DNA of 38,616 nucleotides from an uncultured Candidatus Saccharibacteria bacterium (lineage in GTDB: Bacteria; Patescibacteriota; Saccharimonadia; Saccharimonadales; UBA7683): assembly GCA_964643895.1 (NCBI GenBank), contig CAZXUE010000006.1, forward strand, positions 5,989 to 44,604. Direction: 5' to 3'. Shown piece after piece: positions 8,952-16,992 of this stretch; position 1 is the first letter of the stretch; each line of letters starts with the position of its first letter. The notes beneath the pieces are model-generated. The model saw nothing but the letters and a program-made list of their open reading frames with translations. It searched no databases and was not told the origin of the DNA. The position numbers and the translations under genes are program-made.

Positions 8952-10679
8952 TCAAAAGCCATACTGGCGCATCTGGCCAACATTTGAGACATCGCTGATT
9001 TTACTGAGCCGCCCGTTTGAAAGACTCACCACATAATCTGCGGTCTCCTGACTGGTAGCTATTCGCAGCACGACCAAGTCATCGGCAATAAATCGAAGTG
9101 GCGCTGTCAACCCGCCCACCTTAACCACTATCCTCTCTTCGCCGCTTTTAAGGTTTCGCACCAGGAGCGCTCCTTGACCATCGCGCTGATCCGCCCAAGC
9201 CACTTGCTCACCATTTGGACTAAGTGCAAAATGAAGCGACGCTCCTGGCCGGCGATCTATTGCCTTGGTTACCCCATTGCCCACTTGCAGCTCAAAGTGT
9301 GCACCGCTGTTATCTTGCAGCTCCAGCACGTTGTAGTTCGGCCGCGTTGCATAATTGATAAGTTTACCTCCAAGATAGCTCTTTCTATTCCCTGAACCAA
9401 TGTCAATGCTGGTAAGTTCAGCGTTTTCGATGGAGCGATAGGGATCGTTTGGCATAAAGAACACTTTGGTTTGTGCCACAACGGCAGCCGCAAAGTAGTT
9501 TGTCTGCGCCAGCTCGGCGAGCCGGCTATTAGCCACATTAAAGCTCATCAGACGGGAAAAGGCGGGATCATCATAGTTAAGCCCCGGGTCTGACTTGGTG
9601 TACATCATGGTACTATCAACCCAATCAAGCAGTTGGATATCACTACCCTCGTCGATCTTTTTCAGGCTTGCTTTTTCTAGGTCTACCGAGTAAATACCCG
9701 CGACTAAACGTCCGTTTTGAATTTTACCGTCACGGGTTGCCACCAAAAGCGCCTGCTTATTGCCACGGTGAATGGTGAATTGTAGTAGGTTTTCATCTTC
9801 TTTGCCGGTTGCTTCAATAATTTTACGTTGATCAGAGCCATCAAGATTGCTCGAGAAGAGATCGAAGCGTCCATCGCGTTTACTCAGGAAATAATTCTTC
9901 TGAGCAGATACGAGCGAGATCTCGCGGCTCTCGACAGTAGTATCAGTTTCCACTGTTTTGGCGAGATATCCCGGAGCAGTGATGATAACCTCTACCTGTT
10001 GTTGATCGGTTGGCGGTATAATGAGGCTGGCGCGGCCCGAAGCATCGCTTTTAGCGCTGCTTTTTTCAAATTTTATTTCCGCATCGGCTATTGACTGGCC
10101 GGAAAGCCAGTTCTTGATATCAAAGTCGAGCTGAATACCAATTACCTTCATGGCCAGTTGCGGCTTTGTAACACCAAATGAGCTGGTGATTGTTTGCGTA
10201 ACATCACCGTAGCCAGCCTTTTGGACTACCACCTTCTGCGGCCCAAGTCGAACCTTTGAGAAGCTCACGCGACCAAAGGAATCCGTCAATGACATGGCTC
10301 CGTTTTGTAACTTTACTGATGCGCGCGAAATCGGTTTATCGGCACCCTGCTCATGAACCGTTACCAAAAGTGTTGAGCGAAAACCAATAAAGTTTAAGAT
10401 TGGCCACCGTGTTTTTGGAACTGCAAGTAAACCCGCCACAGCTGTCATAAATAGTAGCAAGCCAAGTAGCATCATCTTCCGCTTAGCTCGCTTTTTTTCT
10501 TCCGGTGAGCGTAATTTTTTGGCAGTCTTCTTTGCCTCTTTTTTAGCACGAGAACTTTGTTTATCAGTATCTTCTAACGTTGTGTCTGAAATATCAACCG
10601 TTTCAAGCTCGGTTTCGTCAAGTTCAAACGATTGTTTTATTGGCTCCTCTGGCTCCTGCATGTGCTTATTCATTCCCAC
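8952..10679 (-). CDS. hypothetical membrane-anchored protein with beta-sandwich and PD40/TolB-like beta-propeller features
   Basis: 575-aa ORF with a Lys/Glu-rich N-terminus, one TM segment (LLGLLLFMTAVAGLLAV), and repeats such as DGRFDLFSSNLDGSDQRKI that resemble PD40 blades. Confidence 0.6.
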   Translation of the reverse strand: MGMNKHMQEPEEPIKQSFELDETELETVDISDTTLEDTDKQSSRAKKEAKKTAKKLRSPEEKKRAKRKMMLLGLLLFMTAVAGLLAVPKTRWPILNFIGFRSTLLVTVHEQGADKPISRASVKLQNGAMSLTDSFGRVSFSKVRLGPQKVVVQKAGYGDVTQTITSSFGVTKPQLAMKVIGIQLDFDIKNWLSGQSIADAEIKFEKSSAKSDASGRASLIIPPTDQQQVEVIITAPGYLAKTVETDTTVESREISLVSAQKNYFLSKRDGRFDLFSSNLDGSDQRKIIEATGKEDENLLQFTIHRGNKQALLVATRDGKIQNGRLVAGIYSVDLEKASLKKIDEGSDIQLLDWVDSTMMYTKSDPGLNYDDPAFSRLMSFNVANSRLAELAQTNYFAAAVVAQTKVFFMPNDPYRSIENAELTSIDIGSGNRKSYLGGKLINYATRPNYNVLELQDNSGAHFELQVGNGVTKAIDRRPGASLHFALSPNGEQVAWADQRDGQGALLVRNLKSGEERIVVKVGGLTAPLRFIADDLVVLRIATSQETADYVVSLSNGRLSKISDVSNVGQMRQYGF

Positions 10680-10688
10680 CCTCGTCGC

Positions 10689-12311
10689 CTATGCGTGCAC
10701 GATTACTTTAGTACCAACTGGAGCCCATTCAAAAATCCACTGGGCATCTGCATTTGTCATATTAACGCAGCCATGACTTGCCGGCGCTCCGAACTTTTCA
10801 CGCCACCAAGCTCCGTGCAGCGCATAGTCTTGATAGAAGTAGCTAACCCATTCTACGTTTGGAATATTATAGTAACTGCCATCAGCTTTTGAACCACCCT
10901 GCATCGTCTGAGAACGAACCCTTAACCATATTGCGTATTCGCCCACCGGTGTTTCATGGCCACGCATGCCCGAAGCTATAAGAAAGTTCTTAATTGGCGT
11001 TGCTTTTTCGTACGCAGTTGTCCGCTGTTCACTTAAATCAACTTCAATCCACTTATCGTATGCGTTCATATTTACTGTTTGATAGGCTGCTACTTTGATG
11101 TTCATAGTCTGGGCACTATCTTGCTTCGCTTTCAGCGACTGTGCAATTGCGTCAGCTAGCACATTCTTATCAGCCAGTTCAGTACCGTCACGGCCAGACT
11201 GCAACACAACTTCCGCACCAGTAGTCTCATCTTTGAGAACTTTTTTATCAACAGGAGCCTGTGAGATTTTTTTGCCAATACCATCTACGTAGCTTTGGAT
11301 CTTGGCGACATCAATGATGAGCTTAATGTTACCATCCTCCTGCGGCGTTGGAGTTACCCAAGATGCAATATCGCTTGGTCTCGCCTGATAGTTATAGCCA
11401 AGTCCAGCAAGAGTTACTCGGCGCGAAACAAGTGTATTAGCATCCGCAAGTAGCGGTTCTAGCTTCGCTTTAGTAATAGTCGGCGCCTTTGCTGCGGTCG
11501 CAACGGTCAGCGTTGCGGTTTGTAGTTGTGAGGCAGTGTTCTGGATTTGGAGTTTTAGTTTTTTTGCATCTGCGCCTTGCCCGTCGGCTTGTTCAGTAAT
11601 TGCGAAGTTGCTACTGTCAGAATTAAACTGAAGTTGTGCGTCCTGTGGAGCCTTACTAAGCTCTGGCAGGTGCGTCTCGAGGTACTGCCCAAGTAAGGTA
11701 TCGTTAATGGTTACAACAGCCGGAACATCCTCGCTCTTCCAAAACGCTAGTTTAGCAAGTAAACCTCTCTGGCGTTTAGCCTGCAGCGCTCGGTCGATTG
11801 TTTGGTCAATATCAACCTTCAAGCCTATCTCTTGCGCCTTCGGCTCAAGCGTTTTTTCGCCAGTTTGTAGCTTAAGAGAAAAGTCCTCAAGCTGCTGCTC
11901 GAGTTGGCCTTTCAGTTCAGCACGTGTTTTTACTGAGGATGCAATGCTTGCCACCTTCACATTCGGTAGAGTTTTATCTTTGAAATACTGGCTTAGCACA
12001 CCACTTAGCACCAAGGCAATGAGTGCCACTACACCAGCCACGAGACCTGCAATCTTAGGCCAACGCTTCTGTTTGAGTTGTTTCAGCCCATCATGAGATC
12101 TATCGGATCTCTTCTGTTTTCTTGTATGGGTTTTTGCTTTTACCGATCGCTCAGGCGTATGCTCGGCTGGCACATCTACAGCAATATCCGCCTCCGCTGT
12201 AGTTGGTTCAGGAATGTGCGGCGCTTGTGGTACCACCTCAACTTCCACAGATGTTTGTTCTGCAGCTATTTTCTCCTGTTTCTCCGAATGTTCATGCCCT
12301 GATTTTGCCAT
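10689..12311 (-). CDS. L,D-transpeptidase (YkuD domain) with N-terminal anchor and peptidoglycan-binding-like region
   Basis: C-terminal YkuD catalytic motif SHGCVNM preceded by HGAWW. A TM anchor (IAGLVAGVVALIALVLSGVL) is present. Confidence 0.85.
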   Translation of the reverse strand: MAKSGHEHSEKQEKIAAEQTSVEVEVVPQAPHIPEPTTAEADIAVDVPAEHTPERSVKAKTHTRKQKRSDRSHDGLKQLKQKRWPKIAGLVAGVVALIALVLSGVLSQYFKDKTLPNVKVASIASSVKTRAELKGQLEQQLEDFSLKLQTGEKTLEPKAQEIGLKVDIDQTIDRALQAKRQRGLLAKLAFWKSEDVPAVVTINDTLLGQYLETHLPELSKAPQDAQLQFNSDSSNFAITEQADGQGADAKKLKLQIQNTASQLQTATLTVATAAKAPTITKAKLEPLLADANTLVSRRVTLAGLGYNYQARPSDIASWVTPTPQEDGNIKLIIDVAKIQSYVDGIGKKISQAPVDKKVLKDETTGAEVVLQSGRDGTELADKNVLADAIAQSLKAKQDSAQTMNIKVAAYQTVNMNAYDKWIEVDLSEQRTTAYEKATPIKNFLIASGMRGHETPVGEYAIWLRVRSQTMQGGSKADGSYYNIPNVEWVSYFYQDYALHGAWWREKFGAPASHGCVNMTNADAQWIFEWAPVGTKVIVHA

Positions 12312-12423
12312 AGCAATCTCGTTTTTGCTCTTACCTTCACCTTATCATGCTTATTATACCGCATACGCTTGATATTCAAGCATATTTTTTACAACTGTTC
12401 ACCAGATAGAAGCTCTCGCTACC

Positions 12424-12452
12424 TTGAGTTAAAAAGTTAAGAATGTTTTAAT
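12424..12452 (+). promoter_or_regulatory. candidate sigma70-like promoter with no downstream plus-strand CDS
   Basis: TTGAGT (12424-12429), a 17-nt spacer, then TTTAAT (12447-12452). Confidence 0.35.
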
Positions 12453-12579
12453 AATTCACGACGTGGAAGTCACGTAAGATTGGCTACTCATTATGCCCCT
12501 AATGTGTAGCTACATCTGTCGGAAGCGGCCGATCGCAGTCTTTGTTACCACGATCGGCCGCCAAGACCACGCTCATCAC

Positions 12580-12601
12580 ACAGCACTCTGGTGCTGTTTT
12601 T
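12580..12601 (+). terminator. orphan rho-independent terminator oriented for the plus strand
   Basis: ACAGCAC-TCTG-GTGCTGT followed by TTTTGTAT. On the minus strand the hairpin has no U-tract. No credible plus-strand CDS ends here. Confidence 0.6.
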
Positions 12602-12639
12602 GTATGGATCGCGTATGAACGATATCTGCGTTGCAAGAT

Positions 12640-13113
12640 CTACTGCTCGCCCGCTTGTTGTGCCGTACCCGCCAAGGCTATAAATCTTTCAACAACATCT
12701 GAGAGAGCTGGTTCATTTTCCGCGTCGAAGTCTGGACACGTATCTAGTATTACCAAGTCCGAATCCTTCTCGCTGCCAAGATTTTCATACCAATAAATCA
12801 CGCCACTCGGTACCTCACCGGTCCAGCCTGGTTCCAGAAATCTTTCAGCTATATCACCAGTTTGAAGGTCCACTGTTCGCAATTTACCGAAACCATCCTT
12901 AACCTCTAAGCTTAGTGGGTTACCATCCCCAATATAGGCACACGGCCGCATCTTAGTACGAACTTCAAGCAAGGCACGATCTTTATCTTTATATCCTGGC
13001 GACCTTAGAAGATGAATGTTAATTCCATCTTCAGCTATAGTCTCTAGTACCTCACTACCTTCTGGTAGATGTTGCTCGTATGTAGTCTGGCCGGTGTTTA
13101 TTTTTTCTAACAT
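12640..13113 (-). CDS. hypothetical protein (possibly cupin-like beta-barrel)
   Basis: 157-aa ORF and the last gene of the oxidoreductase operon. It looks beta-rich, but no firm motif was found. Confidence 0.55.
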   Translation of the reverse strand: MLEKINTGQTTYEQHLPEGSEVLETIAEDGINIHLLRSPGYKDKDRALLEVRTKMRPCAYIGDGNPLSLEVKDGFGKLRTVDLQTGDIAERFLEPGWTGEVPSGVIYWYENLGSEKDSDLVILDTCPDFDAENEPALSDVVERFIALAGTAQQAGEQ

Positions 13114-13167
13114 ACTTTGATGATAGCACTTTATTATATATTTGTCAAATATAGTAGCCTGGTGTGC

Positions 13168-14067
13168 TCACTTTTTGAGAACGTTTAGTGGGTCACCATT
13201 TAGGTACGATTCGACATTTCGAACTAAAATCTCTAGCCCGTTAGCGGACGCTTGTTTCGTAACGCCAGCCACATGCGGAGTAACAAGAATTTTTTGGTTT
13301 GCCAAACATTTCTTATAAAAGTCATTACTCACGTCAAAGAGTGGCTCAGGATCACAGTCAATTGCTGCACCAGCCAGCCTATCTAGATCCAAAGCGCTTG
13401 ATAAACCATTTACATCGTATGTAAAAGGACGAGCGAAGGTAATATAGAAGGAGCCTTTTTTCATAGACATGAAGAAGCCTTCATCAAGTAGGTTTTTGCT
13501 TGAGCTGTTACAGTTAAGTGCGTTTACCACTATATCTGCGTCGGCAACCTTTGCCTTAAGATCATCACCCCGTTCATAGTATGCAACTTTCACGCCAAAC
13601 GCTTCGTAGCGCTCACCTACTTCACTCCCAATAGCTCCATGGCCTATTATTATTGCTTTTTTACCTTCTAGGCTTTCAGTTGATGTGAACGGATGCTGAG
13701 TTGTTGTACGCAAGAAACTTGGAAACTTCCTAAACAAAGAAAGTGTCATGAACACTGTCCATTCAACTATAGATTTACGGTTTCCACCTTGTGCGTTAGC
13801 TACGTACACTCCTTTTTCTGCAAGTTTTTTTGAATCAAATTCGCCGAGTTCAGTATAGGGATAGGTTACGAGTATATTTTCTAGATCGTACAGCGCCTCG
13901 GGTAAGAAATCTCCCCAGGTACAGAGTACGTCATATTTTTTTGCTTTTTTGATCAACTCCTCTTTTGATGAAATTTCAGTATCCACATCTACTTCACCAA
14001 TCTTTTTAAGTCGTTCCATCTGCTCTTCGTTGAGCGCAAACGAGCCTGCGAGTAATATTTTCTTCAT
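13168..14067 (-). CDS. D-isomer-specific 2-hydroxyacid dehydrogenase family protein
   Basis: NAD-binding IIGHGAIGSEVG..VKVAYYER. Catalytic-region motifs ITFARP, DCDPEP and VTPHVAG carry the Arg/Glu/His positions. Confidence 0.85.
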   Translation of the reverse strand: MKKILLAGSFALNEEQMERLKKIGEVDVDTEISSKEELIKKAKKYDVLCTWGDFLPEALYDLENILVTYPYTELGEFDSKKLAEKGVYVANAQGGNRKSIVEWTVFMTLSLFRKFPSFLRTTTQHPFTSTESLEGKKAIIIGHGAIGSEVGERYEAFGVKVAYYERGDDLKAKVADADIVVNALNCNSSSKNLLDEGFFMSMKKGSFYITFARPFTYDVNGLSSALDLDRLAGAAIDCDPEPLFDVSNDFYKKCLANQKILVTPHVAGVTKQASANGLEILVRNVESYLNGDPLNVLKK

Positions 14068-14083
14068 ATTTCTCCTTAGTATG

Positions 14084-15022
14084 TTAGTTCACCTTATTTG
14101 GAAATTCGTTCTTAGCAGCATTTGTCATATTCTCAACCCACTTCACCATCGCATTATGCATGGTCTGATTAGTTGCCCAAGCGTAGGCTGGCGCTGCCCA
14201 GACATTGCCTTCATACGCGTTAAACTGCCCTGGTTCGGCCTCAAAACCGAAGCCGTACAATTGACCATCTTTAACCATCTGCAAAATCAGCTCTAGATTA
14301 AATAGGTGAGATTCAATCGCAACCAGTATTGCTGTGGGATTGAGTGTTTTCAGGCTATTGTTAGTTAAGATGTTTTTGGTTTCATCATTAAGCGACATGG
14401 TTGGGAAAATGACATCGGCTTCTGATAGCAAAACGTCGATGTCAACCAATCGATGCTCGGACTGCTTTGAGCTACGAGACCAGTAAATCACTTCCATCCC
14501 GAGGCCTCTGCAGCGATCAGCAATCGCTGTACCGATATGGCCTAGGCCTATAATACCCGCCTTTTTACCACGTAGTTCGACACCACGATATTTCATGTAA
14601 TCTTTATCAAAATCAAGCGGGAAGCCATCTTTGATCAGTCTCGGCATCTGGCGTGCAATATTAAGCATCATCATGGTTGCCCATTCCGCAACAGCTTCAG
14701 TTGAAAAGTTTTTAATGTCGCAAATTGGTATATTATTATCGTTTGCATAAAATTTATCGATCCAGTGAGTAGCGGTTGCGGCACCAAAAATACCCTTTAA
14801 ATTAGGTATGTTTTTATAATCATCAGATGCGAGCTTCCACTTTACATAATCTGGATTGAGACACAGAATTCTCGCTTCATCACCGTCAAACAGCGCTTTG
14901 TTTTCTAAAAGTGGTGCGATTTCTTTTGTAACTATTGGCTCAACACCTGCCTTCTCAAGCTTTTCTAATAACTCCTCTGTTATCAACTCATCCCACAATG
15001 GATCAAATATAAATGCCTTCAT
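14084..15022 (-). CDS. D-2-hydroxyacid dehydrogenase-like protein (divergent paralogue)
   Basis: NAD-binding GIIGLGHIGTAIADRCRGLGMEVIYWSR. By eye, the regions aligning with the catalytic Arg and His of the neighbouring paralogue read LVAIES and AAPAYAW. Confidence 0.75.
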   Translation of the reverse strand: MKAFIFDPLWDELITEELLEKLEKAGVEPIVTKEIAPLLENKALFDGDEARILCLNPDYVKWKLASDDYKNIPNLKGIFGAATATHWIDKFYANDNNIPICDIKNFSTEAVAEWATMMMLNIARQMPRLIKDGFPLDFDKDYMKYRGVELRGKKAGIIGLGHIGTAIADRCRGLGMEVIYWSRSSKQSEHRLVDIDVLLSEADVIFPTMSLNDETKNILTNNSLKTLNPTAILVAIESHLFNLELILQMVKDGQLYGFGFEAEPGQFNAYEGNVWAAPAYAWATNQTMHNAMVKWVENMTNAAKNEFPNKVN

Positions 15023-15028
15023 CTTTAA

Positions 15029-16132
15029 TTATCCCCTTAAGTTACTGTGTAAAATTTTTGCCTGTTCTGCGATTTTTTGTGCAAAATGTGGCCCGACACT
15101 CCAGCCAATACCACCGAAACCGTAAGCATGGTGAAGCCTTTCGTGCTTTTCATCAGGCGCGACTCGGATGCCGCCAGCGCTTACCTCTACCCGATAGCCA
15201 GCGCTATGAAGCAAAACTTCTGAGTTTTCGATTAACCCCTCCTTTAGTCCATCTACGATCCCGGTGCTAGCCACCCCATCAAGTAATCGACCTAATCTGT
15301 CGAATAACTCTTTAGCTTCTCGAGCTTCAGGAACTGGACGATCCGGGTCTTCAATATACAGCGCACCACACACCACAGTACCGTCTTCTCGCGGCATCAT
15401 TATAAGATCCTCAACGCTCAGTGCTTGTGCGGGATAGTATCCGACTTGCGGTTTAATTACAAAAGTGTGTCCTTTGAAGTAGTTAACCTCTGTGTGATCT
15501 AGTGCTTCGGCTCCGATACCCATTGCATTAATGATAACGCCGTCAAGCTCGTTGAGATCTTCTTCAGATATAACCTTTTGGTTAAATTCTACCCCTAGCT
15601 CTTCCGCCTTGTTAGCCAAGTAGGAAACCGTCTTCCTGCTATTAATGGAAAATGTATTGAATTTAAGTGCCGTATCGCATGCCAGCTCTTCTCCGTCAGG
15701 GTCCACAAAAGGAATGGTTGCTTCCAATTTTTCCTCAGTTGCATGCATAGCATCAGGTAAGCCCTCCGGCCACTCTTGATCCCTGGGGAGTAATTCGACG
15801 TTTCCCAGTTCTAAGACGCCCGTTTCGTGAGGGTCTTGGGCCATTTCAGCATAAAAGCCTCGGCTATGTTCAGCGACCTCTTGAAGTGAAACTCCTCCGA
15901 GCAGAGTATCGGCGTGTTCAGCGGGAACCCACGGTAGAAACTGACCTATTGCATTTGCAGATGTGCTATCTGCGCCACTGCCTGGCTTCCCTTCTCGACT
16001 ATGTACAGTAACCGCATGGCCTTCTCTGGCAAGCTCTATGGCAGTCAACAGGCCTATTACTCCGGCTCCTAGTACGTTGTACCTACCGCTTTGCAGCTCA
16101 TTGTTACTTTTCTCGGCCATAATTTCCATCAT
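15029..16132 (-). CDS. FAD-dependent oxidoreductase, D-amino-acid-oxidase-like (DAO family)
   Basis: N-terminal dinucleotide fold VLGAGVIGLLTAIELAREGHAVTV. C-terminal HAYGFGGIGWSVGP resembles the DAAO H-x-YGHGG-x-G signature. Confidence 0.75.
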   Translation of the reverse strand: MMEIMAEKSNNELQSGRYNVLGAGVIGLLTAIELAREGHAVTVHSREGKPGSGADSTSANAIGQFLPWVPAEHADTLLGGVSLQEVAEHSRGFYAEMAQDPHETGVLELGNVELLPRDQEWPEGLPDAMHATEEKLEATIPFVDPDGEELACDTALKFNTFSINSRKTVSYLANKAEELGVEFNQKVISEEDLNELDGVIINAMGIGAEALDHTEVNYFKGHTFVIKPQVGYYPAQALSVEDLIMMPREDGTVVCGALYIEDPDRPVPEAREAKELFDRLGRLLDGVASTGIVDGLKEGLIENSEVLLHSAGYRVEVSAGGIRVAPDEKHERLHHAYGFGGIGWSVGPHFAQKIAEQAKILHSNLRG

Positions 16133-16168
16133 ATGTTATTTATCACCTTCTTTAAACACTTGCTCATA

Positions 16169-16197
16169 TTGACATAATATGGTTAAAATGCTAAACT
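16169..16197 (+). promoter_or_regulatory. sigma70-like promoter of the TrmB-family regulator gene, probably giving a leaderless mRNA
   Basis: TTGACA (16169-16174), a 17-nt spacer, then TAAACT (16192-16197). The ATG at 16205 lies only 7 nt after the -10 hexamer and has no SD sequence. Confidence 0.6.
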
Positions 16198-16204
16198 GTT
16201 CACT

Positions 16205-16990
16205 ATGTTGAACAACAAAAACAATGTTTTGCTTCAGCTGTACAGATTAGGTTTAAGCGCGGATGAGGGTAAAGTATATCTAGCCTTACTTGAACAGCCA
16301 CTAAGCCATCTTGAGATTGCGCGTAAAACAGGTGTTAACCGCACAAAAGTGTATCGCATTGCCGACGAACTAATTAAGCGAGGTTTGGTGGCCGAAAACC
16401 AAGATGAAACTGGTCGGCAACTAGCGGCAAACGACCCCGCTAATCTTGAGATTGTTTTGAAAACTGAGGAAGAAGTGGTCGAACGCAAGAAATCTGTTTT
16501 AAAAACTGCGCTGCCTGATCTGCAATCACTCTATATGCTCGGGGATTTGCCTGGCGAAATCGACTTTGAAGTTAACACATACGAAGGCGTGGATGGCTTT
16601 AAGCAAATGCTCTGGAATGAGCTACGGACCGAGGGAGAGGCACTGGTTTTTGGCGACGGAGCGATTCAGGATTTAGTCAACAGCCCACGCTGGGCAGAGA
16701 AGCACCGTGAGAAAACCGTTGCGGCTGGTTATAAAATTCGCGAGATCTTAAACCCCGACGGCAAGCCAAGTGAGTTCACTAAAAACAAAGATTTTATTGA
16801 GCAGTCGTACCAGCGAAGAAGCATCTCCCAAGAGATACTACCCCTTGCCCACCAGCTGTGTATCTACAACAATACTGTTGCGATCTACCACTGGCGTAAC
16901 GACAAAAAAGTTGGTGCCGAAATTATCAACAAATCGTTCGCAGATATGCAGCGATCAATATTTGAAAATTATTGGAAGATCGCTGAATGA
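16205..16990 (+). CDS. TrmB-family transcriptional regulator
   Basis: N-terminal winged HTH LGLSADEGKVYLALLEQPLSHLEIARKTGVNRTKVYRIADELIKRGLV, typical of the TrmB family. The gene is divergent from the oxidoreductase operon. Confidence 0.8.
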   Translation: MLNNKNNVLLQLYRLGLSADEGKVYLALLEQPLSHLEIARKTGVNRTKVYRIADELIKRGLVAENQDETGRQLAANDPANLEIVLKTEEEVVERKKSVLKTALPDLQSLYMLGDLPGEIDFEVNTYEGVDGFKQMLWNELRTEGEALVFGDGAIQDLVNSPRWAEKHREKTVAAGYKIREILNPDGKPSEFTKNKDFIEQSYQRRSISQEILPLAHQLCIYNNTVAIYHWRNDKKVGAEIINKSFADMQRSIFENYWKIAE

Positions 16991-16992
16991 TA

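Noticed and set aside
12493-12618. A 41-aa Cys-rich small ORF (MPLMCSYICRKRP...WCCFCMDRV) lies on the plus strand in the orphan promoter/terminator region.
   Set aside because: It has no SD sequence. It reads straight through the 11-bp GC hairpin and the terminator stem, and it ends after the U-tract. A non-coding transcript is more plausible.
12542-12796. An 84-aa plus-strand ORF from the track.
   Set aside because: It starts inside the hairpin, crosses the terminator, and is antisense to the better-supported 157-aa minus-strand gene.
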